From Patescibacteria group bacterium (GTDB lineage: Bacteria > Patescibacteriota > Patescibacteriia > JBDRGY01): DNA of 64,000 bases. Under the pieces are notes generated by a model that was given only the letters and a program-made list of their open reading frames with translations, did not search any database and had not been told where the DNA came from. Each line of letters opens with the position of its first letter. The stretch's first letter is position 1. This document shows positions 28,677-37,979 of this stretch, one piece after another. The DNA is taken from contig JBDRGY010000004.1 of assembly GCA_043817315.1 (NCBI GenBank), positions 64,797-128,796 of the forward strand, given 5' to 3'. A program made the translations under genes and the position numbers.

Positions 28677-29562
28677 AGGTCTTATCTTAGTCTTAACCAC
28701 GGCGATCATCTCCGGCTTTTCTATTTACTTCAACAAGTTTGCCATCAAGATGAATTCACCGTATATTTTTGCCGGTTTGAAAAATCTAATAGTGGGCATA
28801 TTTTTTATCGCCTTGACCACAGGGGTCGGTCAATTAGTGGAATTCCGTAAATTGAAGAAGCAAGATTGGTTAAAGCTTGTACTGATCGGCTTGATCGGCG
28901 GTTCCATTCCCTTTCTGCTATTTTTTCAAGGCCTATCCATGACCACAGCTGCTTCAGCCTCATTTATTCACAAAACAATGTTTCTATGGGTGGGGTTGCT
29001 GGCCATTTGGTTTCTAAAAGAGAAATTAAACAAGAATCTGTGGATAGCCATCCTGTCCATCTTGGTCGGTAACGTCTTGCTGCTCAAGATGCAAAATATC
29101 AGTTTAAACTGGGGCGATGGTTTAATTTTGTTGGCCACTTTATTTTGGGCCGCGGAGATCACTTATTCTAAAAAAGTACTTACCAAGTTATCACCCAGAA
29201 TGGTCAGCTTTGGCCGCATGTTCTTCGGCAGTTTGTTTATTCTGGCCTTTTTGGCAGTCACTGGCCAACTAACTTTAATTGGCAGCTTAAGTACGGCTCA
29301 ATGGGGTTGGGTGATGTTTACCTCGGTGTTTTTAATCGGCTACGTGGGTACTTTTTATCACGGTTTGAAATGGGTCAAAGCTTCTACAGCTACTGCCATT
29401 TTAGCCTTGGGTGCGCCCATTACAGCAGTCTTACAGGCTATCTTCAGCCACCAAATATTGATAAACATGCAGTGGCTGGGCCTGGGTCTGATCGGTTTAG
29501 GTACAGCCTTTTTTATTGTTCAACAAATTAAGACAAACGGATGGAAGTTACCCAACAACTAA
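28666..29562 (+). CDS. EamA-family (DMT superfamily) transporter
   Basis: 298 aa with about 10 TM helices arranged as two EamA-like repeats. Confidence 0.65.
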   Translation: MKNKGLILVLTTAIISGFSIYFNKFAIKMNSPYIFAGLKNLIVGIFFIALTTGVGQLVEFRKLKKQDWLKLVLIGLIGGSIPFLLFFQGLSMTTAASASFIHKTMFLWVGLLAIWFLKEKLNKNLWIAILSILVGNVLLLKMQNISLNWGDGLILLATLFWAAEITYSKKVLTKLSPRMVSFGRMFFGSLFILAFLAVTGQLTLIGSLSTAQWGWVMFTSVFLIGYVGTFYHGLKWVKASTATAILALGAPITAVLQAIFSHQILINMQWLGLGLIGLGTAFFIVQQIKTNGWKLPNN

Positions 29563-30317
29563 TTAAAAATTTAGCCCGAGCGCGTCTATCCGCTTATCCG
29601 AATTTTGAAAAGATTGAACTGGATCCTGCGGCAATGGTTATTTTAACCCGTTTGTTTTTGAATCCCGACTGCATTTCCGACATTGATTTGGGGAAGCTAA
29701 CCACCCAAGCCACTGTTAAGTTGTGTGATTTAGCCAAGCATATTGTAACAGCCGCACCGGTGACCATTGCCCAATACTGCGAGCAACACAACAAGTTGCT
29801 GGTAACGGAAAAAGACATGATTCTCTGTTTCGGTTTGGATCATATTGATTCGGTTTTTAGGAACAAAGTGCATGAGTCGGACAATCCCCAAGTGGCTCTG
29901 GCCCACATCCTGACTGCCGGCAAAGTAAAATCAATTAAAAAAAATTTAGTAACCATGATTGTTCAGCTGGGTGAAGAAAAATCAGTCGAGCTGAAAAATG
30001 TCCTGATTCCCCGGGAGCTGACTATCAAAAAAGGCCAGACAGTTTGGCAGCATTACGGGGTGGTCATCGAAAAAGCGGAAGGCGATCTGGCGGAACAAGT
30101 CCGTTTTGGCCAGAAAGAAATCGGCTATTTCCAGAAAATACTGGGCCAAAACAACAAGAAAGTGATTGATTTCTCCGACCGTTCCATTTTCCAAAAAGAT
30201 CTTATTGGCGCTATTTTGTCCGAAGAAAGAGCCCTCAAGGCCAAAAAAAGTTTCAATGCCAAAAAGAAATTGGTTACCAATATTGATAAAGATATTAAGT
30301 TTGCCCAAGATGCCTAA
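29541..30317 (+). CDS. hypothetical protein
   Basis: 258 aa, soluble. It overlaps both neighbours. No motif was recognised. Confidence 0.4.
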   Translation: MEVTQQLIKNLARARLSAYPNFEKIELDPAAMVILTRLFLNPDCISDIDLGKLTTQATVKLCDLAKHIVTAAPVTIAQYCEQHNKLLVTEKDMILCFGLDHIDSVFRNKVHESDNPQVALAHILTAGKVKSIKKNLVTMIVQLGEEKSVELKNVLIPRELTIKKGQTVWQHYGVVIEKAEGDLAEQVRFGQKEIGYFQKILGQNNKKVIDFSDRSIFQKDLIGAILSEERALKAKKSFNAKKKLVTNIDKDIKFAQDA

Positions 30318-31098
30318 GAAGAAACCAGTTGTTGCCCTAGTCTCTCTATCCTGTTGCGAAGGATGTCTCTTTGCTATCTTCGATTTGCACGAGAGGTTTT
30401 TCAGTTTAGTCAAAGACTACGCCGAGATAGGGGAGTCGCAAATTACCCGCGAAACTTTCGGTAAAGGACCGTATGACATTGCTATCGTGGAAGGCACTCC
30501 CATTACCAAAGGCAACATCCAAGTTCTCAAAGAAGTCAGAAAACGTTCTAAAATATTAATTGCTTTGGGTGATTGTGCCACTCATGGTTGTGTTCAGTCT
30601 ATAAAAAACTACGTTGATAAAGAAAAAGCCATTAAGCACGTTTATAAAGACAGAAAGGGCATTGATAACCCGGATATCAAACCGATTAAAGACTTTGTTA
30701 AAGTAGATTATGAAATCCTGGGTTGCCCGGTTAACGCCGAAGAATTTATGGAAGCCTTCTTAGAATTAAGAGAAGGCCGGATGCCCAAGGCCCCAACCCC
30801 GCGTTCGGTTTGTTATGAATGCCAGGAAAGAGAAATTGAGTGTCTATTACAGCAAGGTGAAGCGTGTTTGGGTCCGGCTATCATTGGTGGCTGCGGTGCT
30901 ACTTGCCCCGAAGCCAAATATCGCTGCGAAGGCTGCCGCGGTGTGATCAAAGATAATCCAGGCTTACTAAATTTTGTTAAGCAACTGAAAAAAGTAGCTA
31001 CTCAAAAAGAGATAAATCATATATTAGAGAAGTTTGGGATTAGAAAAGAGTGGGAGGAAGAAATTAATAAAAGAAAGGAGAAAAAAAATGAAATATGA
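30310..31098 (+). CDS. [NiFe]-hydrogenase small (delta) subunit, group-3-like
   Basis: The NuoB-like N-terminus VALVSLSCCEGC is followed by distal Fe-S cysteines CYECQ...C....C and CGATCPEAKYRCEGC. The frame is open from 30166, but the ATG at 30310 gives the expected N-terminus. Confidence 0.7.
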   Translation: MPKKKPVVALVSLSCCEGCLFAIFDLHERFFSLVKDYAEIGESQITRETFGKGPYDIAIVEGTPITKGNIQVLKEVRKRSKILIALGDCATHGCVQSIKNYVDKEKAIKHVYKDRKGIDNPDIKPIKDFVKVDYEILGCPVNAEEFMEAFLELREGRMPKAPTPRSVCYECQEREIECLLQQGEACLGPAIIGGCGATCPEAKYRCEGCRGVIKDNPGLLNFVKQLKKVATQKEINHILEKFGIRKEWEEEINKRKEKKNEI

Positions 31099-31303
31099 CT
31101 GGAAAAATTGTTATAATTTATTTAAACCGATAAACACCCCGATATATTTGGGATTGGGTGTTATTTTTTTTCTGATCAGTCAAATACTGTTTATTCCTAT
31201 TTTTTTCTTCTTATCATTTTTTTTGGTATTTTTTGGATTTATTTCCCTTATATTAAATTTATTAGTTTTTCTATTTAGGGAGCGCAAGGTTAAAAAGAAG
31301 TAA
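31088..31303 (+). CDS. small hydrophobic protein, doubtful
   Basis: 71 aa, low complexity and Phe/Leu-rich. An AAAGGAG ribosome-binding site lies upstream. It may not be a real gene. Confidence 0.25.
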   Translation: MKYDWKNCYNLFKPINTPIYLGLGVIFFLISQILFIPIFFFLSFFLVFFGFISLILNLLVFLFRERKVKKK

Positions 31304-31318
31304 TTAATTTCTTATTTT

Positions 31319-32632
31319 ATGACCAACCAACCAAAAGGGAAAAGTCTGGTCGCTACGATCATAATTGTGGTTGCTTTGATTGCTATCGGCGTCGGTATTT
31401 ATCTCATTGACCAAAGCCGAACCAATGAAAACAGCAACAGCAACACTAACAACAACACTAACACTGCTGTAGTTACTAAGATTGACGATTCCCAAGCCAC
31501 TCCGGCCATGGTGGAAGAAGTAGTTGCAGGCATCAACGATTTTACTTTTGATCTTTATGCAAAACTTCAGGAGGAAGAGGGCAATCTTTTTTTCTCCCCC
31601 TACAGTATCTCTACCTGTTTAGCTATGACTTATGAAGGGGCTGAAGGCCAGACTGCCACTGAAATGCAAAAAGTCTTTAATTTCCCGACCGATGATACCA
31701 CCCGACAAGCCGGCTATGCTAGTATCTATAATGAAATAAACAAAGAAGACAAGGAATACACTCTAAGCACAGCCAACGCCCTCTGGGCTCAATTAGATTT
31801 CACTTTTCTAGATAAATATTTTGATCTGGTTGGAAAATACTATGGTGGCCGGGTTACCAATCTTGATTTTATTGACGACACCGAAAATTCCCGTGTCACT
31901 ATTAACGACTGGGTGGAAGATCAGACTAACGGTAAAATCACCGATCTGATTGCTCGCGGCGCAGTGGGTCCAGCCACCAGACTGGTTTTGACTAATGCTA
32001 TCTATTTTTACGGGGAATGGCTTAAGGAATTCCAGGAAGAAGATACCGAAGATGACGATTTTAGATTGACTCCAGAAAATACGATTCAGATTCCCATGAT
32101 GAAGAAAACCGGTACCAGTTTTAACTACGCTGAAAATGACCAATTGGAGCTACTAGAATTACCTTACAAAGGCGAAGAGCTGTCTATGATTTTCCTTCTT
32201 CCTCAAAATGATGACCTGTCCGGACTGCAGGAAACCTTAAGCGATGAACAGTTAATCGCTTGGAAAGATGACTTATTCAAGCAAAAAGTAAATATTTATA
32301 TACCCAAGTTTAAATTTGAAAAAAGTATTTCTCTAACTAATACATTGAAAGAAATGGGTATGCCCACCGCTTTCAATCGGGTCTTTGCCGATTTTTCCCA
32401 GATGAGTGAAGAAGAGCCATTGATGATAACAGACGTTGTTCATAAGGCCTTTGTAGAGGTCAATGAGAAGGGAACGGAAGCAGCGGCAGCAACCGGGACT
32501 ACGATAGGTATAGCAACCTCTGTTGAGCCACCTACTCCAGTTTTCCGGGCTGATCATCCTTTCCTCTTCCTGATTCAGCAGACTGACACTGGCAACATTC
32601 TGTTCCTGGGCCGGGTGTCAGATCCTCGTTAA
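31319..32632 (+). CDS. serpin-family serine protease inhibitor, membrane-anchored
   Basis: 437 aa. It has a TM helix, an Asn-rich linker (NENSNSNTNNNTNT), and a serpin body with the hinge and reactive-centre loop EKGTEAAAATGTTIGIATSV and the C-terminal FRADHPFLFLI. Confidence 0.85.
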   Translation: MTNQPKGKSLVATIIIVVALIAIGVGIYLIDQSRTNENSNSNTNNNTNTAVVTKIDDSQATPAMVEEVVAGINDFTFDLYAKLQEEEGNLFFSPYSISTCLAMTYEGAEGQTATEMQKVFNFPTDDTTRQAGYASIYNEINKEDKEYTLSTANALWAQLDFTFLDKYFDLVGKYYGGRVTNLDFIDDTENSRVTINDWVEDQTNGKITDLIARGAVGPATRLVLTNAIYFYGEWLKEFQEEDTEDDDFRLTPENTIQIPMMKKTGTSFNYAENDQLELLELPYKGEELSMIFLLPQNDDLSGLQETLSDEQLIAWKDDLFKQKVNIYIPKFKFEKSISLTNTLKEMGMPTAFNRVFADFSQMSEEEPLMITDVVHKAFVEVNEKGTEAAAATGTTIGIATSVEPPTPVFRADHPFLFLIQQTDTGNILFLGRVSDPR

Positions 32633-32647
32633 TTATTTCATAAAAAT

Positions 32648-34390
32648 ATGACTAGTAAACTCAAAAAAAACAGCAAGGTAATAATTATTGTCACTGTGGT
32701 TATTGTTGTTTTGGTCGGAGGGGCAATTTATTTGTTAAGTCGAAAAACGGAAACTGCTGAAGAAATTGTTAATTCCGTAGCCATTGTCAACGAAACTATA
32801 AATACTAATGATAATCTTAACAATCAATCTGTAAATCTGAACACCAACCAAGCGTTGAATCAAAATACCAATCAAGCGGTAAGTGCTTCCAGTCAATATC
32901 CGGCCAATGATTGGGCGGTCTATAATGATGTAAATTATGATTATTCATTGATGTATCCGGCAGACTGGACGGATGAAAGAGCAGCCGTTGCTTCGGCAGT
33001 AGAGATTAATTCAAATGTTCTTAATACAAATTCTGATGTGTATTTTGAGCAATATTTTATGGATCAAGGTGAAAAATATGGAGAATTTATTATTGTCGAG
33101 GGATCAAATTGGACCCCATCCCTAAAAGGCAATTGGAGTTCCCAAGAATCAGAAATGGAAGTGGGGGGAATAGCAGCAACCAAAACAATTTACACCCCTA
33201 CCGACTTAGAAGAATGGGATACTAATCCTGGCACCAAGACCAAAATAGTTTTTACTGAACCGTTGCCGATCGATAAGACTATTGAAATCGGCCTGGAGAA
33301 TAAAAATAACAGCCAGATTACAGCCGATGTGCTAGCCGGCATATTATCCTCTTTTCAGTTTGATTATCGATTCCCAGCCGTTAGTTCCTTTTGGATCAGG
33401 ACTCTCGGGGATGTTGAAACAGGTTCAAGTTTAGGCACCTTTGATTTAACTACTGGTGAAATTATAGAGTCAAGAGTCTATCCAACTCAAACTATGTTTT
33501 CTTTCAATATTATTCCCAATCCTGAAGCGGGCAAAGTTGCATACTACCAATACAACAGTGAAGAAGAGTCGTACGATATTATTTTGTCAGATACCAAAGG
33601 ATTGGAAGATAAAATTATTGCTAATGGAGTTGTCTGTGTAGATGGTCCTTGTGATTTTGAGAATGCAGTGGCTCTAGGAGAATTATCTAAGGATGGAAAC
33701 TACTTTTCTTATTTTGATCACAATGAAGTTAAAGTGCAGAATTTGATAACCGATGAGGTTACTGTATTGCCTGATTCTTATTCAACAAGCACCAGTTTTT
33801 CACCTATGGGTAATTATATTTTTTCTAGATGGCAAAGAGAATATGACTCTGCTATTCAATACAGCAAAATTTCAGATATAAGTACGACCAAAATTGAAGG
33901 AACAGAATGGAATACAGCTTTTTCTTTTAATGAAAAATATTTAGCTTCGTCTAAGCAACAATATGATTCAGAAACAGAGGGTCATTCTGTAGATATTTAT
34001 CTTTACAACGTACTCACGGGTGATCTGGTTGATCAAATGACCATAGCTGATTATTCACAAACAGGAACAACTAATCTGGCCTGGTTGACCAATGACCGGT
34101 TCGTAGTACTTGCCGAAAAGGATAATTCGACTAAAGAAGCTTTTTTGATAGAAATTATTAATAATAAAATGGTAAGAAGAAGTTTGTCTACTAGTACGGG
34201 AGAGAAGGTAAAGGGGGAGAGAATTTTCCGTATAGACTCAGATAGCGTGTTGCTAGACTACATGGTCGATAATAAATATTCCATATATTCTTACGATATA
34301 AACGGTGATAAGGAAATAATATTTGAAGACGTTACTGATGGTGAAAAATGGTATTCTTATAAATACTATCTTCTGGGTCCAAACGATTAA
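32648..34390 (+). CDS. membrane-anchored extracellular protein, hypothetical
   Basis: 580 aa. It has a TM helix, an Asn/Gln-rich linker, and a large beta-rich domain. Confidence 0.5.
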   Translation: MTSKLKKNSKVIIIVTVVIVVLVGGAIYLLSRKTETAEEIVNSVAIVNETINTNDNLNNQSVNLNTNQALNQNTNQAVSASSQYPANDWAVYNDVNYDYSLMYPADWTDERAAVASAVEINSNVLNTNSDVYFEQYFMDQGEKYGEFIIVEGSNWTPSLKGNWSSQESEMEVGGIAATKTIYTPTDLEEWDTNPGTKTKIVFTEPLPIDKTIEIGLENKNNSQITADVLAGILSSFQFDYRFPAVSSFWIRTLGDVETGSSLGTFDLTTGEIIESRVYPTQTMFSFNIIPNPEAGKVAYYQYNSEEESYDIILSDTKGLEDKIIANGVVCVDGPCDFENAVALGELSKDGNYFSYFDHNEVKVQNLITDEVTVLPDSYSTSTSFSPMGNYIFSRWQREYDSAIQYSKISDISTTKIEGTEWNTAFSFNEKYLASSKQQYDSETEGHSVDIYLYNVLTGDLVDQMTIADYSQTGTTNLAWLTNDRFVVLAEKDNSTKEAFLIEIINNKMVRRSLSTSTGEKVKGERIFRIDSDSVLLDYMVDNKYSIYSYDINGDKEIIFEDVTDGEKWYSYKYYLLGPND

Positions 34391-34408
34391 GAATTTATAA
34401 AAAATATT

Positions 34409-35506
34409 ATGAATGAACAACAACCAGCCAGCAAAAACAACAAATCAATAATTATCATTGTCATTGTGGTAGTGGTGCTGGCTTTGGGATTCGGGGTGTA
34501 CTTTTATTTTTTCCGGGCAGATGAAACTAACGAGAATGCTAATACCAACACCAATACAGTAGCCAACCAAAATCAAAATATAAATCAGAATGTTAACGCC
34601 AGCTTGCCAGCTTTTACCAAAACTTGTGATTACGACACGGACTGTGAATTAAGACTAGGCTGTACAGAAGCTGATTGTTATAACGTAGCTGCAGCAGAAG
34701 TTCTTTATGATTGTGACAAGACGTTAAACCCCATAGTAACTGACAATCTGTCATGCGTTTGTGCTGAAAAAGAATGTACGGTTTCAGAAGAAGAGGAGAC
34801 AACCAATACCAATCAAAACGCCAACACTAATCAGTCAGTCAATGCTAATACCAATCAAGATGTGGAAGCCACTGGCTCGACAACAACACCAATAGATTCT
34901 ACCTGGAATCTATACACCAATAATGATCTGGGGTTTTCTATCAATATTCCGGTTGAAGCTTATTTCTATTACGCTTCCTGTGACTGGCGAGATGATTCTT
35001 ACCGGCCAGGGAGTGGTATGGTACCGGTCAGTACTTTTGCCACAGATGACTCAGTATATATCAATCAAGAATATTTATATGAACTAGGCGGAGCAACCGA
35101 GGTTGGTGGTATAACTAATTATTCTGAATGCAACCGGGTGGAAAATTCGGTTTCCCGTTTATCGTCAGAAATTCGCACCTGGAACATTAAAGTAGCCACA
35201 GTGGAAGATGAAGTTGTCTTGGAAGATTTTATCAATGATACTTTCGGCGAAGGTGGTTGTAGTCTAGGCGATCAAACTGCCTGGGAGCATCAAGATGGAG
35301 TTTATGAGGTTCGGATTGAAACTGATGGTTTAGACCCAGAAGAATCGCGTTGTTTTATTAATTACGCGGTAAATATTTTCTACTATCCGGCCGGCAATAA
35401 AGTAATGACTTGGGATTTAGGACAGGATATTTCTTTCCCAGCTGACAGTGCTGTCTCTGCCTTCTACGATACTGATATGACGAATAGTTTTCGATTTTTG
35501 GAATAA
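34409..35506 (+). CDS. membrane-anchored Cys-rich extracellular protein (paralog A)
   Basis: It has a TM helix, an NTNTN linker, and the module KTCDYDTDCELRLGCTEADCY...YDCDKTL...LSCVCAEKECTVSEEEE. Confidence 0.5.
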   Translation: MNEQQPASKNNKSIIIIVIVVVVLALGFGVYFYFFRADETNENANTNTNTVANQNQNINQNVNASLPAFTKTCDYDTDCELRLGCTEADCYNVAAAEVLYDCDKTLNPIVTDNLSCVCAEKECTVSEEEETTNTNQNANTNQSVNANTNQDVEATGSTTTPIDSTWNLYTNNDLGFSINIPVEAYFYYASCDWRDDSYRPGSGMVPVSTFATDDSVYINQEYLYELGGATEVGGITNYSECNRVENSVSRLSSEIRTWNIKVATVEDEVVLEDFINDTFGEGGCSLGDQTAWEHQDGVYEVRIETDGLDPEESRCFINYAVNIFYYPAGNKVMTWDLGQDISFPADSAVSAFYDTDMTNSFRFLE

Positions 35507-35522
35507 TTAACCAAAAATATAT

Positions 35523-36341
35523 ATGAGTATGACCACCAAAGGATTCAACGCAGTTATCGGGGTGATTGTGGTCTTGGTTCTGGGTATCGGTGTAGCGGTT
35601 AGTTACTACGTCTATTACCAGAGTACTGAGGTTGAAGTAAATACCGTCGACACCAATACAACGGTAAATCAGAATACCAATACCAGTTTGCCAGCCGGAA
35701 CCAAAACTTGTAAGCACAACTTTGACTGTGAAGTAAAATATGATTGTGAACAATATGATTGTTATCATAAAGATGCACCACCCGAGTTTAAATGTGATCC
35801 TACCCTAGTGGATGTTCCCAGCTCATCAAATTATTACTGCGTTTGTGCCGAGAAGGAGTGTGCTTTAGTAGAAGAAGATGATGTCACAGCTGATTGGCAG
35901 ACGTATGCTAGCGAGGATTATGGCTATTCAATCAAATACCCAAACGATTGGCTAACGAACATGGAATACATCAATCAGAGCAATCTGTATTTATTAACTC
36001 AAGAAAGAAAACAAGACCTAGATGACGGAAGAATTGTTAGAGTTTTTGACGTAATGGTTAAAGTATATGGAACTGCTGTCGAACTTCCCCATAATTCTGA
36101 TGATCAATTGAATTTTGAAAATTGGATTGATCAGAAGGCTGATACCTGGGGTTTTATTAACCGAGAATCCGTACTGATTGATGGTATAACTGGTTATCAA
36201 GGAATTGGTTCTGGTGATGGAACTAGCTATATTAGTTATATTGAAAAGGATGGCTATATTTATGAAATTCAAACAGGTGATACTGATGTTCCAACAGAAA
36301 CAGAACAGTTAGTTATTGACTCTTTCCAATTCACTGACTAA
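35523..36341 (+). CDS. membrane-anchored Cys-rich extracellular protein (paralog B)
   Basis: It has the same module as paralog A: KTCKHNFDCEVKYDCEQYDCY...FKCDPTL...YYCVCAEKECALVEEDD. Confidence 0.5.
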   Translation: MSMTTKGFNAVIGVIVVLVLGIGVAVSYYVYYQSTEVEVNTVDTNTTVNQNTNTSLPAGTKTCKHNFDCEVKYDCEQYDCYHKDAPPEFKCDPTLVDVPSSSNYYCVCAEKECALVEEDDVTADWQTYASEDYGYSIKYPNDWLTNMEYINQSNLYLLTQERKQDLDDGRIVRVFDVMVKVYGTAVELPHNSDDQLNFENWIDQKADTWGFINRESVLIDGITGYQGIGSGDGTSYISYIEKDGYIYEIQTGDTDVPTETEQLVIDSFQFTD

Positions 36342-36349
36342 AAAAACCA

Positions 36350-37606
36350 ATGAAAATAAAAATTGACCACATCTGTAAAATAGAAGGACACGCTGATTTT
36401 ATCGCTGACATTGAACGTGGTGATGTTAAAACAGCGCGGTTTCGGACCCTGGAAGGCGCCCGCCTGATTGAGGGTATTCTGATTGGCCGCAAATACATCG
36501 AACCGACCATAATTACCCCCAGAATCTGCGGTATTTGCCCGGTAGTGCACAATTTAACCTCGACTAAGGCGATTGAGGCTTGTTTCGATATCGAGCCCAC
36601 AGAACAGGTTATTTTACTGCGAAAAATCTTAGAATTGGCCCAGTTTATCCATTCTCACGGCATTCATCTATTCTTCCTGACCTTGCCTGATTTCTTCAAG
36701 ATAAAAACAGAATTAAAGATGTTAGAAAAATTTCCTAAAGAAGCCCAGATGGCTATCCGGGTTCGTAATTTCGGAGTGGATCTGGTCAAAGTAATCGGCG
36801 GTCGGACCGTTCATCCAATTACCACAGAAATCGGCGGCATTAAGCGCCTGCCCGACCGCAAGGCCCTACACGAGATATTAAGCCGTTATGATTCAGTAAT
36901 GGAAGATGCCTTAGCTTTGGCTAAAGTGTTTGCCGGATTAGAATATCCAGAACTGTTCCGCAAACAGGACTACATGTCTTTACACAATTCTTCGGAATAC
37001 GCCATCTACGACGGCGATGTGATGTCATTGCACGGAACCAAAATTCCGGCCAGTAAATTCATGCACAGTATTGAAGAAGTGAAGCGACCTTATGAATTAA
37101 TCAAGCACGCCAAGTATCGTGGCGATTCCTATTTTGTAGGTGCCATTGCCCGAATAAATAACAACCAAAGTCAACTGAACCCAGTAGCTACAAAAGTGTT
37201 GCGCAGTAGCGGCCTCAAATTCCCTTCATATAACAATTTTCACAACATCATGTGCCAGGCCATTGAGTTAGTACACTGTCTCGAGGAATCTAAAAAGTTA
37301 CTAAACCAGTATTTTAAACAACGCAGTCAGAAGCTAAACGTACCGGTTAAGGTCAAAGCCGGCAGGGGAGTGGGAGCGGTTGAAGCACCGCGCGGTACTT
37401 TGTATCATTATTACGAAACGGACAAGAACGGTTTCATCACCGATTGTAATATTATTACCCCGACTGCCCAGCAAGTTCCCAACCTGGAACAGGATCTAAA
37501 AACCTGGATTCCCAATGTGATGCAGTTGGACGAGAAGACTAGAGTCCAGGAAATCCGCAAGTTGATTCGGGCTTATGACCCCTGCATGACTTGTGCTACT
37601 CATTAA
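36350..37606 (+). CDS. [NiFe]-hydrogenase large (alpha) subunit, group-3-like
   Basis: 418 aa. It has the L1 motif RICGICPVVH and the C-terminal L2 motif DPCMTCATH. Confidence 0.85.
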   Translation: MKIKIDHICKIEGHADFIADIERGDVKTARFRTLEGARLIEGILIGRKYIEPTIITPRICGICPVVHNLTSTKAIEACFDIEPTEQVILLRKILELAQFIHSHGIHLFFLTLPDFFKIKTELKMLEKFPKEAQMAIRVRNFGVDLVKVIGGRTVHPITTEIGGIKRLPDRKALHEILSRYDSVMEDALALAKVFAGLEYPELFRKQDYMSLHNSSEYAIYDGDVMSLHGTKIPASKFMHSIEEVKRPYELIKHAKYRGDSYFVGAIARINNNQSQLNPVATKVLRSSGLKFPSYNNFHNIMCQAIELVHCLEESKKLLNQYFKQRSQKLNVPVKVKAGRGVGAVEAPRGTLYHYYETDKNGFITDCNIITPTAQQVPNLEQDLKTWIPNVMQLDEKTRVQEIRKLIRAYDPCMTCATH

Positions 37607-37616
37607 TAATCATACC

Positions 37617-37695
37617 ATTGCGATCCCGCGCCAGCGGGAGAAGCAATCCCGTTACTACACCGGGATCGCCACGCCCCTATGGGGCTCGCGATGGT
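37617..37695 (+). promoter_or_regulatory. GC-rich structured intergenic element with nested inverted repeats
   Basis: gcgatcccg pairs with cgggatcgc. There are inner stems cccgc/gcggg and gcccc-tat-ggggc. The element lies between hydA and the hypA-like gene in an otherwise AT-rich context. Confidence 0.3.
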
Positions 37696-37709
37696 AGGAA
37701 GAAAACAAT

Positions 37710-37964
37710 ATGCACGATTTAATGGCAGCTCAAGAGTTACTAAAAACAGCATTAGAAGTAGCTCGCGACAAAAAATTAAAGAAGATTACCAAGATTATTG
37801 TTGAGCTTGGCACTGTTATCGATCACGACGAAGAAATTACCGAGGAGAACATCAGTTTTAATCTAAAGAACCTCAGCGTCGGAACAGAGGCTGAGGGGGC
37901 TTCTGTTATTGTCCACAAAGTTGCCGGTAATCATTACATTCTCAAAGAGATCGAGGGTGACTAA
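37710..37964 (+). CDS. HypA-like protein lacking the zinc-finger
   Basis: 84 aa. The N-terminus MHDLMAAQELLKTALEVARDKKLKKITKIIVELGTV resembles HypA (MHE.S.A..I........A......V..V.L.IG). There is no CxxC...CxxC motif. Confidence 0.4.
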   Translation: MHDLMAAQELLKTALEVARDKKLKKITKIIVELGTVIDHDEEITEENISFNLKNLSVGTEAEGASVIVHKVAGNHYILKEIEGD

Positions 37965-37979
37965 TTACAATAGAATTAT

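Noticed and set aside
30166-30309. Upstream extension of the hydrogenase delta subunit ORF (start at 30166)
   Set aside because: The extension overlaps gene 29541-30317 in another frame and adds a non-homologous basic N-terminus. The ATG at 30310 gives the expected NuoB-like start.
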